Positions 61,167-64,000 of a DNA stretch of 64,000 bases are shown here, one piece after another. Source of the stretch: an uncultured Acidobacteriota bacterium (GTDB lineage Bacteria; Acidobacteriota; Terriglobia; UBA7540); contig CAWDSK010000006.1 in the NCBI GenBank assembly GCA_963804995.1, positions 1,280,001-1,344,000 on the forward strand, read 5' to 3'. How positions within the stretch are numbered: the first letter of the stretch is position 1; every line of letters begins with the position of its first letter. Below the pieces are notes generated by a model, which ran no database searches, was not told the DNA's origin, and was given only the letters and a program-made list of their open reading frames with translations. The position numbers were made by a program, and so were the translations under genes.

Positions 61167-61623
61167 CGTCTTGCCTCCTCGTTGAATTTCTTTCCCAGGT
61201 CCAGTCTACCTGGACCCGAGGAGGCATCGCCGTTTCATAACATCACGGTCAGCGTTCTTTTGACCGTGGGCTTTTCCCGCGTTGCCATACCCCCAGCGCG
61301 TAGCCCAGAGGTTTTCGGCTCCGAGACGAATTTCTCTGCGGCACTTTCTCATGGCCTGGCAATGAACCGGTCGGGTTCGGGATTTAAAGTGCCGCAGAGG
61401 AAAGCCAACTGCGCTTACCTCTGCGCTACCCCGCTTTGGAGGTCAAATCATTTACCATATCCTGCACATCCTGTGAGCACTTGCTGTTTATATCCTGGGC
61501 ATGGTTCTGTGTCAGTTCAGTAACGCTCAGGTGTTTGGTTACAGTTGCTCAAGCAGATTACATACCCAATCCTCTTCCCAATTAACAACAAGCGTGGCGC
61601 CATTGCCGCGAAAAGGAGGTCCT

Positions 61624-61743
61624 GTGTTCGTTGAACTCATGCCGCTTCTCGCTGGCCGCACTGTGCTCATCACGGTGGCCAGGGTGGATGACAAGACGCT
61701 TCGTGTCAATGTTATGTTTCGAGCAATGGACCAGGCTCCTTGA
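61624..61743 (+). pseudogene. Fragment resembling the N-terminus of PRTRC system protein E
   Basis: AGGAGG RBS, then (M)FVELMPLLAGRTVLITVARVDDKTLRVNV and an abrupt stop. Confidence 0.55.
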
Positions 61744-61957
61744 TGCCGGGGAGGACCTACGAGCTTTCCTGGAAGCAAACAAGAGCCGCCTGAAGCTCAA
61801 GGCATGAGACTTGAAGCTGTCGATCTTGCTTGTTAAGAGTTTTTCTGGCTGAAATGGCATAGGGCGAGCCACACCTCTGAAGAAGAGGTCCTCACCGCTG
61901 GCTCGCCTGCTGGTTCGCGTAGTCGACTGGCTCTCCCGGGTGTGCTGGATAAAATCA

Positions 61958-62662
61958 TTAGAACAGGTTGAGTGTAAGGCGGAAGCCGGGATGCCTCACG
62001 TTGAACAAATAATAGACGCCATCAATGTATTCGACATAAAAGTCGTCGTTGTAATCCCAGCCCATTGGCCACCCTTCAGTGTACCCGAACGAGTAGCCGC
62101 CGTATTGGAAGCGGTTATACCCGCCGATCATCCGGGGACGCCCCATGTGGAACGAGTGGTCATGACCGAAATGGGCACGGTAATTGGTGTCAGAAATGCG
62201 GCCATAATGGCCGGCGTTGCCGCCACGGTTGTTAGCAACGGCCTGTGGCTGCTGCCCTCTGGACTGCTGAGCGCGTTGTGGCTGTGCTTTCTCGGCACGT
62301 TGTGGCTGCGCTTTCTCGGCACGTTGTGGCTGTGCTTTCTCGGCACGTTGTGGCTGTGCTTTCTCGGCACGTTGTGGCTGTGCTTTCTCGGCACGTTGTG
62401 GCTGTGCTTTCTCGGCACGTTGTGGCTGTGCTTTCTCGGCACGCTGTGGCTGTGCTTTCTCGGCACGCTGTGGCTGTGCTTTCTCGGCACGCTGTGGCTG
62501 CGCTTTCTGTGCGTGCTGAGGTTGTTGCTCGTGTTGCGGCGCCGCCTGAGGTTTTCCTCCGCCTCCGCCCTTTTCCTCCTCGCCTTTTTGTGCGAATGCA
62601 GGAAGGGTGGTTCCGAGAAGTAAAAGCAGAACTGCTGTACTGATAACTCGCTTGTGGTTCAT
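61958..62662 (-). CDS. Exported protein with QPQRAEKA tandem repeats and an aromatic-rich C-terminal domain
   Basis: Signal peptide ending AFA; nine exact octapeptide repeats; HFGHDHSF, YVEYIDGVYYL. Confidence 0.85.
   Translation of the reverse strand: MNHKRVISTAVLLLLLGTTLPAFAQKGEEEKGGGGGKPQAAPQHEQQPQHAQKAQPQRAEKAQPQRAEKAQPQRAEKAQPQRAEKAQPQRAEKAQPQRAEKAQPQRAEKAQPQRAEKAQPQRAEKAQPQRAQQSRGQQPQAVANNRGGNAGHYGRISDTNYRAHFGHDHSFHMGRPRMIGGYNRFQYGGYSFGYTEGWPMGWDYNDDFYVEYIDGVYYLFNVRHPGFRLTLNLF
62275..62525. repeat. 24-bp coding tandem repeat (VNTR)
   Basis: tgtggctgtgctttctcggcacgt, about 10 copies. Confidence 0.95.
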
Positions 62663-63139
62663 AGGTGTTGCCTCCAACTCAATTCACATCTGGCTTTCAT
62701 CCTAATACTCAAGTTACACCTCTTATACCGTTTGCGCGCATGGGTGTCAGTTCAATACGGCTCGCCCATTAGGTCAAAAATGCTCATCCCAGTTCATGGG
62801 GGCTACAGTTTGGAGCCGGTGGGGAACGGTATTGAGCTTGATGCCTATCGCGCTGAGCAAGCCAAGCAGCGGATTCCCACAATGCCGCAACTGAGCAAAT
62901 CTATACACGAGACTGTTCCTAAGTGGGCAGCCAACTGTCTTCGGCTTCTGTCATGCTGCGTAGCGGGGAAGTGAGTCCGGAGGAGGGAACTCTTGCGCTG
63001 GGCACATTCTCCTCCCGGCGGCACCTGCAACCCAGCAGAAAGCGCAGTTATAGGCGGTGGTTTAATGTAAGGCTGAAAAGCGTGATAGGCGTTTATCGGG
63101 ACAGGTTATTTGTGAAAAAGAGGTACGGAGGTAACGACC

Positions 63140-63946
63140 ATGACTCGGAACGAGCATCAATTGTCCCAGGACGCACAAGAACCACTTCATGAGAAAATCG
63201 CTCTCCGTGCACACCGTCTCTGGGAGGAACGTGGGTCCCCCATCGGATCATCGGAAGAAGATTGGTTCCGTGCCGAACGGGAAATGCGCACTGTGAAGAG
63301 CGACATGCAATTGCAAAGAGACGTTTCAGAGGAACTCAAGTGGGACCCAGCTGTCAACGCCGTGCAGATTCGGGTCGAAGTGACGGACGGCATGGTGACG
63401 CTCGCCGGCCGTGTCGAATACCTCGCCGAGAAGTGGGCTGCCGAATGGGCCGCCAAGCGAGTGTCTGGCGTCAAGGAGTTGGCTGTTGAGATAGAAGTCA
63501 AACCTATTCGCTCCCGCGAGCTGAGAGACGCGGATATTGCGCGGGCGGCAGCGAACGCACTCAAATGGCATGCCTTCGTGCCGCAAGACCGCATCAAGGT
63601 GACCGTAAAAGATGGGTGGATCACTCTGGAAGGAGAGGTTGAGAAGCAATTCGAGAAGGAGACCGCCCGCCAAGTCGTGCTCTACTTAACGGGGGTCAAA
63701 GGTGTCAGCAACCAGATCGTCCTCAAGCCGAAGGTGGAGCCAACCGAGGTCAAGGATAAGATCGAAGCAGCTTTCAAACGCAGCGCGATTCTTGACTTGG
63801 CGAGGATCGCGGTGAAGACCGACGGCGGTCAGGTCATTCTGACTGGGATTGTTCGCTCTTGGACGGAGTATGTGGACGCCGAGCGGGCTGCCTGGGCCGC
63901 GCCGGGTGTGCACGAAATCAAGAATCTCCTGAAAATTGTGGATTGA
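63140..63946 (+). CDS. Triple-BON (OsmY-like) protein with N-terminal DUF2934-like domain
   Basis: IALRAHRLWEERG..G...EDWFRAE, then three BON repeats (V.V.DG.VTL.G.V). Confidence 0.9.
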   Translation: MTRNEHQLSQDAQEPLHEKIALRAHRLWEERGSPIGSSEEDWFRAEREMRTVKSDMQLQRDVSEELKWDPAVNAVQIRVEVTDGMVTLAGRVEYLAEKWAAEWAAKRVSGVKELAVEIEVKPIRSRELRDADIARAAANALKWHAFVPQDRIKVTVKDGWITLEGEVEKQFEKETARQVVLYLTGVKGVSNQIVLKPKVEPTEVKDKIEAAFKRSAILDLARIAVKTDGGQVILTGIVRSWTEYVDAERAAWAAPGVHEIKNLLKIVD

Positions 63947-64000
63947 AGATGGGTAATTGCAGTTGCTTCTCGGGGGCCGGTCCACCTCGGAAGCGGAGGT

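Larger units (their letters stand above)
59532..61245 (-). mobile_element. IS110-family (IS1111 group) insertion sequence, ~1.71 kb
   Basis: Subterminal IRs 14/15 at 59536-59550 and 61223-61237, CA core at both junctions, long downstream non-coding region. Confidence 0.9.

Noticed and set aside
59530..61244. CATC as a 4-bp target-site duplication of the IS
   Set aside because: The empty site at 50084 reads GGTAGCCACGGT, and a CA core gives a 10-bp gap between 16-bp IRs in the circle, typical of IS1111; not fully excluded without other copies
61940..62623. Plus-strand 'membrane protein' with LWLCFLGT repeats
   Set aside because: Antisense of the QPQRAEKA gene; repeat variants are synonymous on the minus strand, which also has an RBS and signal peptide

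Overview
GC-rich (~60%) bacterial chromosomal segment, most consistent with Acidobacteriota (inferred from gene content and repeat style). The backbone is housekeeping: sufC-D-S-U-T plus a ygfZ/gcvT-like gene, rhomboid, rlpA, HIT, M1, MA and M20 peptidases, an amgK-rapZ fusion with murU, GH57, a TetR-HlyD-ABC efflux operon, ggt-TIM barrel-asnS-rocF-ddl, an ECF sigma/anti-sigma envelope-stress cluster, dedA, yitJ and xseB-ispA-dxs. Intergenic DNA is dense with inverted heptamer tracts, REP-like doublets and nested MITEs. The most notable items are: (1) an IS1111-type IS110-family element (59532-61245) whose downstream non-coding region carries readable target and donor guides of a bridge/seek RNA, with an empty target copy at 50084; (2) an AT-rich cassette with a PBECR-like nuclease gene facing a convergent small structured RNA that has its own promoter and terminator (candidate RNA-antitoxin system); (3) three tandem paralogous TM-coiled-coil microproteins inside the ECF cluster; (4) a secreted caspase-fold protein next to a dockerin protein, and a streptopain-like protease bracketed by direct repeats; (5) five +1 frameshifts that all sit next to CTCGA, suggesting methylation-linked basecalling errors. 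No rRNA, tRNA or true CRISPR array was recognised. All family calls come from motif recognition by eye, not from searches.
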